Shown one piece after another: positions 39,057-49,911 of a stretch of DNA of 64,000 nucleotides. Numbering within the stretch: position 1 is the stretch's first letter; each line of letters starts with the position of its first letter. The translations under genes were made by a program, and so were the position numbers. The notes beneath the pieces were generated by a model. That model made no database searches and was not told where the DNA came from. It saw only the letters and a program-made list of their open reading frames with translations. The DNA lies in the NCBI GenBank assembly GCA_963668025.2, contig CAXXTH010000022.1:149791-213790 (forward strand), in the 5' to 3' direction. This stretch comes from Candidatus Hydrogenedentota bacterium (GTDB lineage Bacteria > Hydrogenedentota > Hydrogenedentia > Hydrogenedentales > SLHB01).

Positions 39057-40533
39057 TTTCTTTCATGTGGCTAGCGGCCCAGCCAGCGAAATTTTGTTCT
39101 AGTATGCCTAAATATTCTTCTAGAGTTATCCCATCGTTCAACCAATCATCCATCATGCGGCGCCACTCTTTTTTATACCGTCCATCCATGGAATCCAGCC
39201 ACTTAATGGCGCAATAACGTCGCTGGAAAATATCCTCGAAAGGCTGTAAATCTGGCTGCATGCGTGCGCCTTCCACATTGGGGATATATACCTTGGCTTC
39301 CGATGTGAGCTGCTCTAAGTTCTTTGGCGCAGTAATGTACATCAAGAAATCCATGCAATCGTCCAAATTGCCATTGAGCATGGCGCTATTGGTCACATGT
39401 AATTGTATTGCAGCACCGCCAATTACAGTGGCGGGCGTTCCAGAAGCGTATGGGCTGGTTTCCGATGTTATCGCGGGGATATAGCCGATTCCCCATCGGA
39501 AATCGATGTAGGGATCGGTTGTCATACGGCGAATAAACCATGAGCCGGTCCAGTACATTGCTACACGCTTGGTCAGGAAAAGCCGGATCGGATCGGTGTT
39601 TTTAATTTCTTTCGCCCAATATCTCCGCCAGTCTTTCAATATTCGATGCATTTCACGCCATCGCGGATCGCTCTTGGTAAAGAATCCTTTTGTAAAAAGA
39701 AATCCCGCCTCGCTGGGCTCTAGATAATGATCAAGATACGCTTCAGCGGCGCTTGATGAAGGAATCAAATCCATATCTTTTAGAATACTATGATAGAGCA
39801 TTTCAAAAATGATGTCTTGCCCCCAATCGGACGCGAGAGTGCTTCCTATCGGGCATTCCGCCGTGAAGGGCGTGATATCTTTTTGTTGCAGCTTCTTGCA
39901 GAGCTCTATCATCTCTTCCCATGTTTTTGGAAATTGCGACACCCCAACAAATTCCAGGATATCTTTGTTATAGAAGACGCCCGTTTCCACTATATCAATC
40001 GAGAGGCCATATAATTTTCCATTCGGCGCACGCTTGGCATTAATCAAGGCCTTATTCTTAAAAATATCTATCCAATGGGTATTGCCAGGAACATATGGAT
40101 TTGGCTTTTCGAGATATTCGTCAAGAGGCACATACCAGCCTTTATCCACATCCGGCCATGCTACTTCCGCATTCTGGTTGATGATCTCGGGAGCGACACC
40201 GCCTAAAAGCTGTGTTTTTAGCCATTCCCCTTCACTATTTCCCGCTGACACTAATTGTTGAAAACGGATTTTCTTGCCGCGATGCGCCTCTTCCCATATA
40301 TCGGCGAGGTCCTGAGCCGCTTTCACTGGCTCGCCAATTCCTTGCGGTATCGTGCCGGGCGTGTATAGATTGAGGTCTGCGCGGATAGCATTTTCTGAAG
40401 ATGTATCCGCCTGCGCCTTTGGAATTCCCGCCATCCAAGCGATTGCCATAAAAACAATTCCGACATTTTTTGCACTTGCATATATTTCTAATATATGCCT
40501 TATTTCACTCAGGCGGAAACCCTTATTATCCAT
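38980..40533 (-). CDS. Sugar ABC transporter substrate-binding protein
   Basis: WLKTQLLGGVAPEI, GVFYNKDI, PKTWEEMIELCKKL, F..KRVAMYWTGSW; lies between two permeases. Confidence 0.85.
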   Translation of the reverse strand: MDNKGFRLSEIRHILEIYASAKNVGIVFMAIAWMAGIPKAQADTSSENAIRADLNLYTPGTIPQGIGEPVKAAQDLADIWEEAHRGKKIRFQQLVSAGNSEGEWLKTQLLGGVAPEIINQNAEVAWPDVDKGWYVPLDEYLEKPNPYVPGNTHWIDIFKNKALINAKRAPNGKLYGLSIDIVETGVFYNKDILEFVGVSQFPKTWEEMIELCKKLQQKDITPFTAECPIGSTLASDWGQDIIFEMLYHSILKDMDLIPSSSAAEAYLDHYLEPSEAGFLFTKGFFTKSDPRWREMHRILKDWRRYWAKEIKNTDPIRLFLTKRVAMYWTGSWFIRRMTTDPYIDFRWGIGYIPAITSETSPYASGTPATVIGGAAIQLHVTNSAMLNGNLDDCMDFLMYITAPKNLEQLTSEAKVYIPNVEGARMQPDLQPFEDIFQRRYCAIKWLDSMDGRYKKEWRRMMDDWLNDGITLEEYLGILEQNFAGWAASHMKENEWDFSKMETVWQERGVRLASELKN

Positions 40534-40709
40534 TGTATTGCAAACCTTTGAAGTTATTGTGGAATAGAAATCAGGGATTGCTCGACTGTATCACGGAATA
40601 TGAAGATACTTAACAGATTCAACGCAAAACCATTAATGCTAAAATCGGCAAATTCATTTTAATAAGCGTTTCTAGATTTTACTTACTCTCATAAATTTGC
40701 GCAATAGTA

Positions 40710-41609
40710 TTATGCTTTTAGCGCACCGCTCATAATTCCTTTCATGAACAATCTCGTGCAAAATAGAAACAGAATGCATAATGGAATAGATGATATGGCA
40801 TAGCCCGCGAACATCCGTCCGTATTGGTTGCCTACTTTACCGTTATAGCGGAGTATTCCAACCGTCAAGACCATCACATCATCACTGGAGGTAGTCACCA
40901 AGGGCCATAGAAAATTGTTCCATACGCTCAAGGCGCTGACAATTGCCACAACTCCAAGCACTGGCTTTGCTAAAGGCAATCCGACATGCCAGAATTGGCG
41001 CAGCAATCCGGCTCCATCAACTTGAGAGGCCTCGAATAGATCCTCTTCAATTTCGCTGAAAAAAGTTCTGAGTAGATAGATTCCAAGAATCTGCCCGCTG
41101 GCGATATAGGGGAGCAGCATCACGCTGTATGTGTCGAGCAAACCCAGGCGTTTCACCCACAAAAAAGAAGGGATGAGCATAAGCACGCCGGGAATCATCA
41201 TCATGGCGATTATATTGTAATAAAACATTTCCCGGCCTGGAAAATCACAACGTGCGAAGACAAAACCTGCTAGGGATGCAAATGTCACTATGCCTGAAAC
41301 ACTTAGTGCCGTTATTAGGATGCTGTTAAGCAAATAGACTTTCATGTCTCCAAACGCATAAATATAGTTTTCAATACGCAGCGGCAGGACTGGCATCCAA
41401 AAGGAATGGAAAAACTGGTTTGTGTCTTTTAGCGATGTAATCACCATAAACACAAAAGGCAAGAATGTCAGGCTGAGGATGGCAATCAGGGCGATGCGCC
41501 ACACCGCGCCAGATAATGTGATACGCCGTCCGATCAAAGCTATATTCATGGCCGTTACGTTCATGAAAAAACCGTATCCCCTTGTACTACGTGCGTTAAA
41601 TAAAAACAA
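40710..41609 (-). CDS. Carbohydrate ABC transporter permease (MalG/UgpE-like)
   Basis: PFVFMVITSLK, LLNS, FPGRE, FEASQVDGAG, LPLAKP, WNNFLWPL, GALKA. Confidence 0.92.
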   Translation of the reverse strand: MFLFNARSTRGYGFFMNVTAMNIALIGRRITLSGAVWRIALIAILSLTFLPFVFMVITSLKDTNQFFHSFWMPVLPLRIENYIYAFGDMKVYLLNSILITALSVSGIVTFASLAGFVFARCDFPGREMFYYNIIAMMMIPGVLMLIPSFLWVKRLGLLDTYSVMLLPYIASGQILGIYLLRTFFSEIEEDLFEASQVDGAGLLRQFWHVGLPLAKPVLGVVAIVSALSVWNNFLWPLVTTSSDDVMVLTVGILRYNGKVGNQYGRMFAGYAISSIPLCILFLFCTRLFMKGIMSGALKA

Positions 41610-41621
41610 TTCGTAATCTCT

Positions 41622-43955
41622 TCACTTACTAGTTGAGCCGGGCTCGATAATGACTTCCAGTTTAGACGGTTTCTCAACAACCTTTATGTCCGTTTTCCCA
41701 TTTTTTTGAGAAAATTCCAGGTGCAGCAATTCACCGTTCATGGGAAGTTTATAAGTAACCCGCTCATAAGAAAGGCCTATCCCCTGGTGAAGGACTATTT
41801 TGCCTTTGTATACCTGGGAAAGATCAATACCAAGAAGATACTGTGGAATAGCATATCCTGGAACGGAGCTCCACGCATGGCAGCATGATACAGGAATCCA
41901 GTCGCGCTCCGGCATTGGACAGTGGCCAAGGAATACATGTGGATAGGTCCATGATGGTAAGCTGGGATTGAATACTTCCCACCACGTCGTTGCGCCCCTA
42001 TCTAGCATGGCACCCCAATATTGCCTTACCAAACTTTCAATGTTCTCCAATTTTCCAACCTTGGCGAGAGCCATAAACACAACCCAATACGTGGATGCCG
42101 AACCAGGTTGTATGCACGTTTTATCGTTCAATACCATGTTTATAATATGGCCTGTTTGTTCTTCCGTTGGAATGCCTGCAAGAATAGCTGCCAGATTTGA
42201 TTGTTGCGAGAAAACAGGAATGAGCTGGCCAGCGCGCCAGGCATCGCAAAAGGCTTTCTTTTCCTGAGAGTATAATAGCTGGCGCACTCCTACGCGTATT
42301 ATATCAGCTTTGCGTAGATAGGCTTGGGCGTCGGGGTCTTTTCCGAAAACCTGCGCCAGCCCAGCCATATGTTCGAGATATAATATGTACAGTGAATTGA
42401 GGTAGGTGGTTTTTCCGGACTTGGCGATTTTGTCATTCCAGTCCATGAATACGGACACATCTGGGGCAATGCTATCGAGATCAGTATCAACCAATCCATC
42501 CTCTCCAACCCAAGTAGTAGTAAATTCATATAGTTTCAATAATTTGGGATAGAGCTCGCAAACGATCTTGCAGTCACCTGTATGCTGGTAATGCTCCCAT
42601 AAGCATGCCACTAGATGCAGCATAAAATCGTGGTGGTAGAATTGGTTCACCCGAGGGCCCGTAGCAGGCACTGCACCGTCATCCCGCTGAATCGCAAAGC
42701 TTTGGCGGATGCATTTGGCTGTAAGCTCATGGTTGCCGCATAAATAAGCATTAACCATAGCCATGATGCGCATGTCCAAGACCCACAAGGCTTGCTCGCG
42801 GATGGGGCAGTCTTCGTAATGATATGATGTATTCGCTCTAAGTGTATCTAAGGATACATCCATAATTTTGTTTATTTGCTCATCGGATGTCACCAGGCAT
42901 CCTGTATCATTGAATGGATATTCAGCGGCGTTTTGCCCAACATGGCTGATAGAGACCTCTCCGCCTAATGCGATGAATTTCAATTTGAGGAAACGGAAGG
43001 CTCTTCGTTGAAACGCATTCCAGGTTCCATTGGGTGGCAAGTGAACCGCATCAAGCCGGTATAGATCCAATGTTTCTCCATACCAAACTTCGAAGGTGCA
43101 AGGGCCGCCTGATAACGCCACTTCGGGAAAGCCTACCAAGATTTTCCCGAAGTCAAAGGTCACGGATGGGGCCGACATAGGCTCACCGGGGGAAACACGG
43201 AGGCCAATGCCTTTTTCCGTGCGCAGCAGATCCCCGAAACTATTATTAATCTTGGATATATAGCCAAGATTTGGCGATAGCTCCACTATCCGTTCAGGGA
43301 TAACACAGCGTTCTCGCAATTCAAGAACATCTAGCGGGACAAGATTCGATACGAAATCTTCAGATATTGGCGGGGCAACTTCAACCGCATAGTTCCATTT
43401 CGAATAATCATACCCCGGCTCTTCCCAATTGTCGTATGATTCGCCGTGATAGATCTCTTTGTATCCTATCCATTTGCAGATTAAGCCCGCGATAGGAGGC
43501 CTGTCTGGGGAATGCCGCACACGCCAGGCGCTATCACTCCCTAAATTCCATCCATCTCCCGCAAGATGAACCAGCAAGCCTGGCTTCCCGAATCGCCATT
43601 TGGGCAAAGTCTCGGTAGTCTCACCGTCATGAAACAAATGCACGCAAATATGGTTACAGCCCGAATGGACCAATTGGGCTGGTATGTCGTATTCATGGTA
43701 GTAATAATATCCCTGATGGGCAACTGCGGGTCCACGGCCGATGTAGGCTCCATTTATTGTTACATAATACTGAGAAACTGCTGAAATGAATAATTTGAGT
43801 GGCTCTGGTTCAGCTAAATCAAACTGCCTGGAAAAATGGAGATATAAGTTTGTCATGTCTCCCACATTATCTTGGCAGATCCATGACGCAGTAGAGTTTT
43901 TCCAGATATTAATTTGAGAATCCACGCCTATCGCTTCTTGAACCATTGTTTTCAT
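41622..43955 (-). CDS. Alpha-L-rhamnosidase-like glycoside hydrolase (GH78)
   Basis: INGAYIGRGP, FDFGK, RAFRF, DCPIREQALW.LD, GATTWWE, SCCHAWS. Confidence 0.85.
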   Translation of the reverse strand: MKTMVQEAIGVDSQINIWKNSTASWICQDNVGDMTNLYLHFSRQFDLAEPEPLKLFISAVSQYYVTINGAYIGRGPAVAHQGYYYYHEYDIPAQLVHSGCNHICVHLFHDGETTETLPKWRFGKPGLLVHLAGDGWNLGSDSAWRVRHSPDRPPIAGLICKWIGYKEIYHGESYDNWEEPGYDYSKWNYAVEVAPPISEDFVSNLVPLDVLELRERCVIPERIVELSPNLGYISKINNSFGDLLRTEKGIGLRVSPGEPMSAPSVTFDFGKILVGFPEVALSGGPCTFEVWYGETLDLYRLDAVHLPPNGTWNAFQRRAFRFLKLKFIALGGEVSISHVGQNAAEYPFNDTGCLVTSDEQINKIMDVSLDTLRANTSYHYEDCPIREQALWVLDMRIMAMVNAYLCGNHELTAKCIRQSFAIQRDDGAVPATGPRVNQFYHHDFMLHLVACLWEHYQHTGDCKIVCELYPKLLKLYEFTTTWVGEDGLVDTDLDSIAPDVSVFMDWNDKIAKSGKTTYLNSLYILYLEHMAGLAQVFGKDPDAQAYLRKADIIRVGVRQLLYSQEKKAFCDAWRAGQLIPVFSQQSNLAAILAGIPTEEQTGHIINMVLNDKTCIQPGSASTYWVVFMALAKVGKLENIESLVRQYWGAMLDRGATTWWEVFNPSLPSWTYPHVFLGHCPMPERDWIPVSCCHAWSSVPGYAIPQYLLGIDLSQVYKGKIVLHQGIGLSYERVTYKLPMNGELLHLEFSQKNGKTDIKVVEKPSKLEVIIEPGSTSK

Positions 43956-44119
43956 TGCTTGCTATTTCCCATTCATTTTAAAAATATAAGTTAATGACAT
44001 AACTATATTAAGCGATAAAGCGTGCTCAATCATTCACTCCCGGGAGAGCACAAGATCACCTCATTGGCTTTAGATTGTTGCTTGCCATTTTTCCTGGATA
44101 TAATGAGGGCTTTCCATTA

Positions 44120-44156
44120 GCGCCCCGTGCGGTATTGAAGTAAACGCACGGGACGC
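44120..44156. terminator. Hairpin downstream of the 44183-45604 gene
   Basis: gcgccccgtgcg-13 nt-cgcacgggacgc. Confidence 0.5.
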
Positions 44157-44182
44157 CGAATATTAAGCTTATGGTGATCGTT

Positions 44183-45604
44183 TTAGGCTTTTCGGAGCAT
44201 TTTCACGCTTAAGCCCATGCAAACCATGATCAACAGGCCAAGCATCACTAAACCAGCCGCAGGCAGCTCAAGGCCTGGATAATCATCGGCATTGAGCGGA
44301 TCAGAACCGGCGTCTACTTCTGCTTTGTCGCTGTACGTATCGCCATCGGTATCCGTGACGAACGGATCCGTGCCATAATCGTCCACTTCCTGGCCATCCA
44401 AGAGCCCGTCATCATCCGTGTCCGGATCGTTCACATCCGTTCCGATGCCCGTTTCTTTGGTGTCGGAAAGACCGTCGCTGTCTGTGTCCGCAAACGTATA
44501 TTCTTTCTCCAGCATCCACAAGACGCTGCCGCCAATGGCAAGATAGTCATAATCCACTGACATATCTTGATACACTGTCGCTTGATCAGGGTCATCGCCG
44601 ACATCGATGCGGATCGGATTTACATCGTAATTACGCCACAGGGGAGTTCCCACCTCAACGCCAGGAACGTTGATATTCACGCCTTGAACGGACGGATCAT
44701 TAACGATGATGTTCGTACCAGGATGGAAATTAAAGTTCTTGGCGACAAACGTGCCGAGCTCGGTGCCTACAAACCAGCCTAGTATGCATCCCTTGTTGTC
44801 CACGCCGCCAGGCGGATTTGTTACGTTCATCTTCATAAATACATACGGATTCGCAGAACCCGAAACCGCGCCCAGCGGGAAATATAGTTCGGGATCCGTA
44901 TACGGACTGGCGACGAGTTGATGCATATACCCGCCCTCAGCCCAGCTTAGGTCCAATTGCACCTGCGTGATGTCCGTGAAAGTTGTCACGCCGGATTCAT
45001 CGCCAAACTCTTGCAAGTATACCGGCTGTGTGTTAGCCAGCATGGCCGCATCGCCTAACGTGATCCAGTCAAACTTACAAACTTGGGCGGCGGCCACATC
45101 ATAGCTTAAATAGAAGCGAATTCCTGAGATATTAGCCGTCGACAGATCCGCCTCGCCAAACCTTCCTGCCGTATCTGAAAAATCCTGCTGTATGACCATA
45201 TCCCCGCTGTCATACCGGAAGTCTTTGCCCAGGTATTTGCCATCGTCAGTGAAGATGATCACAATACCGTGATTATCAGTTGCCGGACCTGCAGCAACCT
45301 GCATCCGCCATGTGAGCAATGGATGCATCGAGAATTTGGCGGTCGCGAAACTCGAGCCTGGATAGGTCAGCAATTTTCCGAATTCGATAGGATTGCCCAC
45401 GCCATCCCCTGTCGCCACCAATTTCCCTTCAGCATCCCAAGACATGGCCGCATGTGAAGCGCCGCCAGGCCATGTGGCCTCCGTTCCAAATAAGTCAATG
45501 TCGTTCGTGTTCATGAATGTCCATAGAATTCCGGCTTGGCTGGGCAAAGCCAGTAACAAGCCACATGCTAATAGGCTGCATAGTGCAATGCTTCTACCCG
45601 ACAT
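44183..45604 (-). CDS. Secreted non-catalytic surface protein: two CBM-like domains, DxDxDG repeats, C-terminal sorting tail
   Basis: Signal peptide ending SQA; domains ending FDWITLG and YDYLAIG; DTDSDGL, DTDDDGL, DTDGDTY; tail LPAAGLVMLGLLIMVCMGLSVKMLRKA. Confidence 0.75.
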   Translation of the reverse strand: MSGRSIALCSLLACGLLLALPSQAGILWTFMNTNDIDLFGTEATWPGGASHAAMSWDAEGKLVATGDGVGNPIEFGKLLTYPGSSFATAKFSMHPLLTWRMQVAAGPATDNHGIVIIFTDDGKYLGKDFRYDSGDMVIQQDFSDTAGRFGEADLSTANISGIRFYLSYDVAAAQVCKFDWITLGDAAMLANTQPVYLQEFGDESGVTTFTDITQVQLDLSWAEGGYMHQLVASPYTDPELYFPLGAVSGSANPYVFMKMNVTNPPGGVDNKGCILGWFVGTELGTFVAKNFNFHPGTNIIVNDPSVQGVNINVPGVEVGTPLWRNYDVNPIRIDVGDDPDQATVYQDMSVDYDYLAIGGSVLWMLEKEYTFADTDSDGLSDTKETGIGTDVNDPDTDDDGLLDGQEVDDYGTDPFVTDTDGDTYSDKAEVDAGSDPLNADDYPGLELPAAGLVMLGLLIMVCMGLSVKMLRKA

Positions 45605-45730
45605 GGCAACACCCTCCTCGTCTTTGGTATAACGCCACCTACGTTATCTTTCCGCCACATAGCGGAAATGTCTAAGCATACAGAATGACTTAATTTCTCT
45701 GGCGATCCGCCAGAGCACTCGGAAAATGGT

Positions 45731-46870
45731 TCAACCAAATCCACCCGCAGCCGCAATATTATCGCCGGGAAGGTTCATACCCCAGTCAAGGTTGAGCAAC
45801 GGGAATTTTGCTTGATACCTTACCCACTCGACATGGCCATCCATATAAAGGACATTAGAGCCACCGGGGACATGGTTAAATTGTGCGATGGGCTTATCAC
45901 TGGAATTCCCCCATCCCGCCGTACTCCATGAGCCTTCCGTGTTACTCCAGGCATCAAACATCACTGCTAAAGTGCTCTGTCCAACAGCGCCTGATGCCGG
46001 ATTATTGATATCGGTGATAAAAAACCGTTCTACCCCTTCGCGTAATTTATGATATGTTGAAGGCAATGGGTTGTTGTTCTCATCTATATTCCAAGAGTCA
46101 ACCCATTGAGAAAACGGATACATGCCATTCGGGTACTTGCATTTTACATTTGTGACGATATCATCTGTTCCTCGTTCAGGCACTTTACCAAAACAGAATT
46201 TGCACTCTGCGCCGTTCTGGGATTGAAAATAAACGATGGAACCATCTTTTTGGGCGCTACAGTACGCATAAATCCCATACATATAAGCGACTTGGCAGAA
46301 ATCGGCTAATGAGAAAGCTGAATTCACTGCATATCCAAGATACACATATGAAACCGGAATGCCCAGCAAAGCTTCCAAACAATTTTTTTGCCCCGTCGTG
46401 CTTTGAGTGACGCTTTGCGTTTTGACCATCTCCGGCACACCATCGGCATCCAGCATCAGATACGATGACCCAACCCAGTCTCCATGGGAATCGGAGGGAC
46501 ACAGCATGATATTTGGGTCATTCCAGTAGTCAGGATAAAGCGTATCTGCATCCACGCCCATCGCGGCAGGAAGAATCCAAGGGGAAGTCGGTTGGCCAGA
46601 AGCTCCATTTGTTGGAATTGTCTTCGGCCATCCAGGAAACTTCGCTCCTTCCGCCTCACCGGCATACATCTTAAATATAATACCCCATTGCTTTAGATTG
46701 CTCGAACAGGATGCGCGGCGGGCCGCTTCCCGAGCCCTGGCCAGAGCTGGTAATAAAATCGCCGCCAAGATCGCAATGATGGCAATTACGACCAGCAACT
46801 CAATCAAGGTGAAGCCCATTATATAATCACGCCTCGATATGCTCTTCTCATAAATCCATAATCCCTTCAT
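45731..46870 (-). CDS. Prepilin-type N-terminal cleavage/methylation protein, DUF1559 + H-X9-DG
   Basis: [77 protein letters not shown]. Confidence 0.95.
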   Translation of the reverse strand: MKGLWIYEKSISRRDYIMGFTLIELLVVIAIIAILAAILLPALARAREAARRASCSSNLKQWGIIFKMYAGEAEGAKFPGWPKTIPTNGASGQPTSPWILPAAMGVDADTLYPDYWNDPNIMLCPSDSHGDWVGSSYLMLDADGVPEMVKTQSVTQSTTGQKNCLEALLGIPVSYVYLGYAVNSAFSLADFCQVAYMYGIYAYCSAQKDGSIVYFQSQNGAECKFCFGKVPERGTDDIVTNVKCKYPNGMYPFSQWVDSWNIDENNNPLPSTYHKLREGVERFFITDINNPASGAVGQSTLAVMFDAWSNTEGSWSTAGWGNSSDKPIAQFNHVPGGSNVLYMDGHVEWVRYQAKFPLLNLDWGMNLPGDNIAAAGGFG

Positions 46871-47013
46871 TCTGTTCTCCTCCTTTCAACAAATACATGC
46901 TCGCATATATAAAGCTGAAAGTGGCACATTCACAAAACATTTATAAAGAAATAAAATACATAGATAAATTACATTTACGCCACAAAACCTATATTCTTTA
47001 TGAGGCCATTGAT

Positions 47014-47041
47014 CCTGCCTGCGGTCTGACCCGCAGGCAGG
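47014..47041. repeat. 11-bp hairpin between the two DUF1559 paralogs
   Basis: cctgcctgcgg-tctgac-ccgcaggcagg. Confidence 0.55.
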
Positions 47042-47132
47042 CACCATTTAAAAACGGAGGTTAAATAGCCCCAACGTTGTTTCTGCGTATTGTCGTATAC
47101 ATCATACGGGTCACGCCTTTAGGTAAAATTAA

Positions 47133-48281
47133 TCAGCCGAATCCGCCTGCGGCCGCGATAAGATCGCCGGGGATGTTGCTGCCCCAATCGAGATTAAGCA
47201 GCGGAAACTTAGCTTGATATTTAGCCCATTCCACATGCCCATCCATATAAAGCACATTAGAGCCGCCGGGCACATGGTTAAACTGGATGATGGGTTGATC
47301 GCTGCTGTTTCCCCATCCCGCCGTATTCCATGAGCCTGCCGTATTGCTCCAGGAATCGAACATCACAGGCAGTGTGCTCTGCCCGACAGCCCCCGAAGCC
47401 GGATTGTTGATGTCGGTGATGAAGAACCGTTCGACGCCTTCACGAAGTTTCATATATTTGCTGGGAAGCGGATCGCCATTCTCGTCTTTCGCGGGATAGA
47501 TCGGCCAATTGACGCCCCGCACCCATTGGGAGAATGCGGCAAACGAGCCATCAGGAGACACGTTGGTGGTAATGTCATCCGTTCCACGCTCGCTCACTAC
47601 GCCATATGCAAAGTCGCACGCGATATTATCGCCAGGGCCATAGACCGTACCTGCCGACTGGGCTTTTAGGAACAAATAGCACCCCTGCATCCAAGCCACT
47701 TGGCAGAAATCGCCTAATGCGAATGCGGACCTTACCGCGTAACCCAAATAATCGTACGATACTGGTATCCCCAACAGGGCCTGAATACAATATTTTTGCG
47801 CATCCTTCGAGACTCCCAAGGAAACCTGTTCTTTCACCAGCTCCGGCACCGTATCATCGAGCAACAGATATGAGGTGCCGACCCAGTCGCCATGGGAATC
47901 CGAAGGGCACTGAAGAATTTCCGGGTCATTCCAATAATCCGGATACAGCGTGGAAGCATCCACACCCATTCCCCCAGGCAGAATCCACGGGGTGGACGGC
48001 ATTTTCGACGTAGCTGCGGCAGAGGAAGGAACCGTCTGCGACCAGCCAGGAAACTTCCCATTCGCTTCACCGGCATACATTTTGAAAATGATGCCCCATT
48101 GCTTGAGATTGCTTGCGCAAGATGCGCGGCGGGCCGCCTCTCGAGCCCGTGCCAGGGCTGGCAATAGAATCGCCGCTAAAATTGCGATGATGGCTATTAC
48201 GACCAACAGCTCAATCAACGTGAATCCTTTTCTTTGGTTGTTCCATGCCACCCTCCTTACCTCCAATAATTGCTTTTTCAT
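47133..48281 (-). CDS. Prepilin-type DUF1559 + H-X9-DG protein, close paralog of 45731-46870
   Basis: Same motifs; near-identical N- and C-terminal thirds at protein level. Confidence 0.95.
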   Translation of the reverse strand: MKKQLLEVRRVAWNNQRKGFTLIELLVVIAIIAILAAILLPALARAREAARRASCASNLKQWGIIFKMYAGEANGKFPGWSQTVPSSAAATSKMPSTPWILPGGMGVDASTLYPDYWNDPEILQCPSDSHGDWVGTSYLLLDDTVPELVKEQVSLGVSKDAQKYCIQALLGIPVSYDYLGYAVRSAFALGDFCQVAWMQGCYLFLKAQSAGTVYGPGDNIACDFAYGVVSERGTDDITTNVSPDGSFAAFSQWVRGVNWPIYPAKDENGDPLPSKYMKLREGVERFFITDINNPASGAVGQSTLPVMFDSWSNTAGSWNTAGWGNSSDQPIIQFNHVPGGSNVLYMDGHVEWAKYQAKFPLLNLDWGSNIPGDLIAAAGGFG

Positions 48282-48452
48282 ATACTCCTCCTCTCTTTCC
48301 CAATAGTTACACGGTTATAGTTACTCCAAAAATCATGCGATAAATCTTAAAGCTCACGTAATATATTGTATATACAGACTTTCTGGATTACAGCTAACCC
48401 TTTCGCCCGGCATCAAACCACATGCTATCAAATTTCAGAATAGTGAACTTAT

Positions 48453-49337
48453 TTAAACATCACAATATACTTTGGCTTGCGCTTCTTTGGGCGCCAATCC
48501 CTTTTTCACGAATCGCAGCGATTCCACAGCCAAGGTGTCGGCGTCTTTAGCGAGCCTGCGCCAAATGGGGGAAAAATCGGTAATGGAAGGGATGGGCTCG
48601 AAAAAGGACTCGATGACAATCCATCCGCTGTATTCGACTTCTTTGATTCCGTTGAATAAGCCGTTCCAGTCAATATGGCCTGTGCCCGGTATTCCTCGAT
48701 CATTTTCCGAGCAATGCACGTGGCCTAAAAGAGCGCCGGCCCGGAGCGTAGCGGCGTGAAAATCCCGTTCTTCTATATTCATATGGTACGTATCCATATG
48801 CACCTTAATGTTCGGTTCGCCGATTTCTACTATCAGCCGCACGGCGTCTTCCACCGTGTTGATGAAATAATGCTCATACCGGTTTAGCGGCTCCAGGGCA
48901 AGGGTGATATTCTGGTCTGCGGCGTACCGCGCCAACTCCTGCAAGCTCCGAACGCTCCTTTTCCACTGCTCCGCAGTCCGGCCCGCAGGCGGACTCCACC
49001 CAAAAGCAGCATACAACGCCCCCGAAACAAGGGTTCCGCCCAAACGTGATGTGACATCAATGACATGCTTCATATGCGCCAAACCTTTGCGCCGGACTTG
49101 TTCGTCGGACGAGGCAATGCACATATCCGGCGTCATCCCCGTACTTCCGAGCGCACGCATCCCCAGCTCTTCCAATTTCTTCCGGGCCAGCTCAGGATCG
49201 AACAAATCCATTTCACCCGGCATAAGGGGAACCTCGCAACCGTCGTAGCCAAAAGACTTTAGCTTAGGCAGCACATCCCACGCCTGATCACTCATTTCGC
49301 GCACGTAGGTGTATAAATGCAAACCATATTGGATCAT
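48453..49337 (-). CDS. Sugar epimerase, D-psicose/D-tagatose 3-epimerase family
   Basis: LALEPLNRYE, HMDTYHMNIEE, HVHCSENDRGIPGTGHIDW, VIESF. Confidence 0.88.
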   Translation of the reverse strand: MIQYGLHLYTYVREMSDQAWDVLPKLKSFGYDGCEVPLMPGEMDLFDPELARKKLEELGMRALGSTGMTPDMCIASSDEQVRRKGLAHMKHVIDVTSRLGGTLVSGALYAAFGWSPPAGRTAEQWKRSVRSLQELARYAADQNITLALEPLNRYEHYFINTVEDAVRLIVEIGEPNIKVHMDTYHMNIEERDFHAATLRAGALLGHVHCSENDRGIPGTGHIDWNGLFNGIKEVEYSGWIVIESFFEPIPSITDFSPIWRRLAKDADTLAVESLRFVKKGLAPKEAQAKVYCDV

Positions 49338-49911
49338 TGAAAAATCCTCCTCTATTCATTTATACTATCGCGTTTAATATAAGGGCTTTCCGCAACCTCG
49401 ATAAGAAGCGCCGTTCTCCAGGCTATGCAAACTGCCCGAGGGACGGTCGGCAATGCCTCAGAGGCGGATACAAGCCGCACCAGGAATTTGATTTTTGGAG
49501 CTTGACATTCACGTTCTAAATCCTCTGCCATGCCCAATGTGATGATTCTATTGAAATCTTACCGACTACGTCATGCCGAAAAGCTTATTTTGTTGATATA
49601 TTAGGTCATTCGTCATAAAAATGCGCATTCTGCCTTTTTTTACACCCGAAAGAAGCGATTCCCCTCTACCGTAACGGCTGAAATGGGAGGTTGTTTATTA
49701 TGCGCGACAAAAGCCATACCACGATTTGCATAATCTAAGCTCAGCTTTATCAATATGTTATGGTGGATAGCCAGAAAAGCGTTGCGCAATTCACCTTGAT
49801 TCACCTTGATTTGGACGGGGAAAGAAGGAAAGCTGCTTCGATAAAAAACACAGGGAATACACGCAAAACGTTAAGCTGCGGAAACAACAGATCCTCATTC
49901 GCGCATGGAAT

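Noticed and set aside
40490-40533. KGFRLSE at the start of the ABC substrate-binding protein resembles a prepilin G-FxxxE site
   Set aside because: It is followed by charged residues (IRHILE), not a hydrophobic helix, so it is probably coincidental.
38067-41609. ABC importer lacking an ATPase gene as an anomaly
   Set aside because: Carbohydrate ABC clusters commonly share an MsmX/MalK-type ATPase encoded elsewhere.
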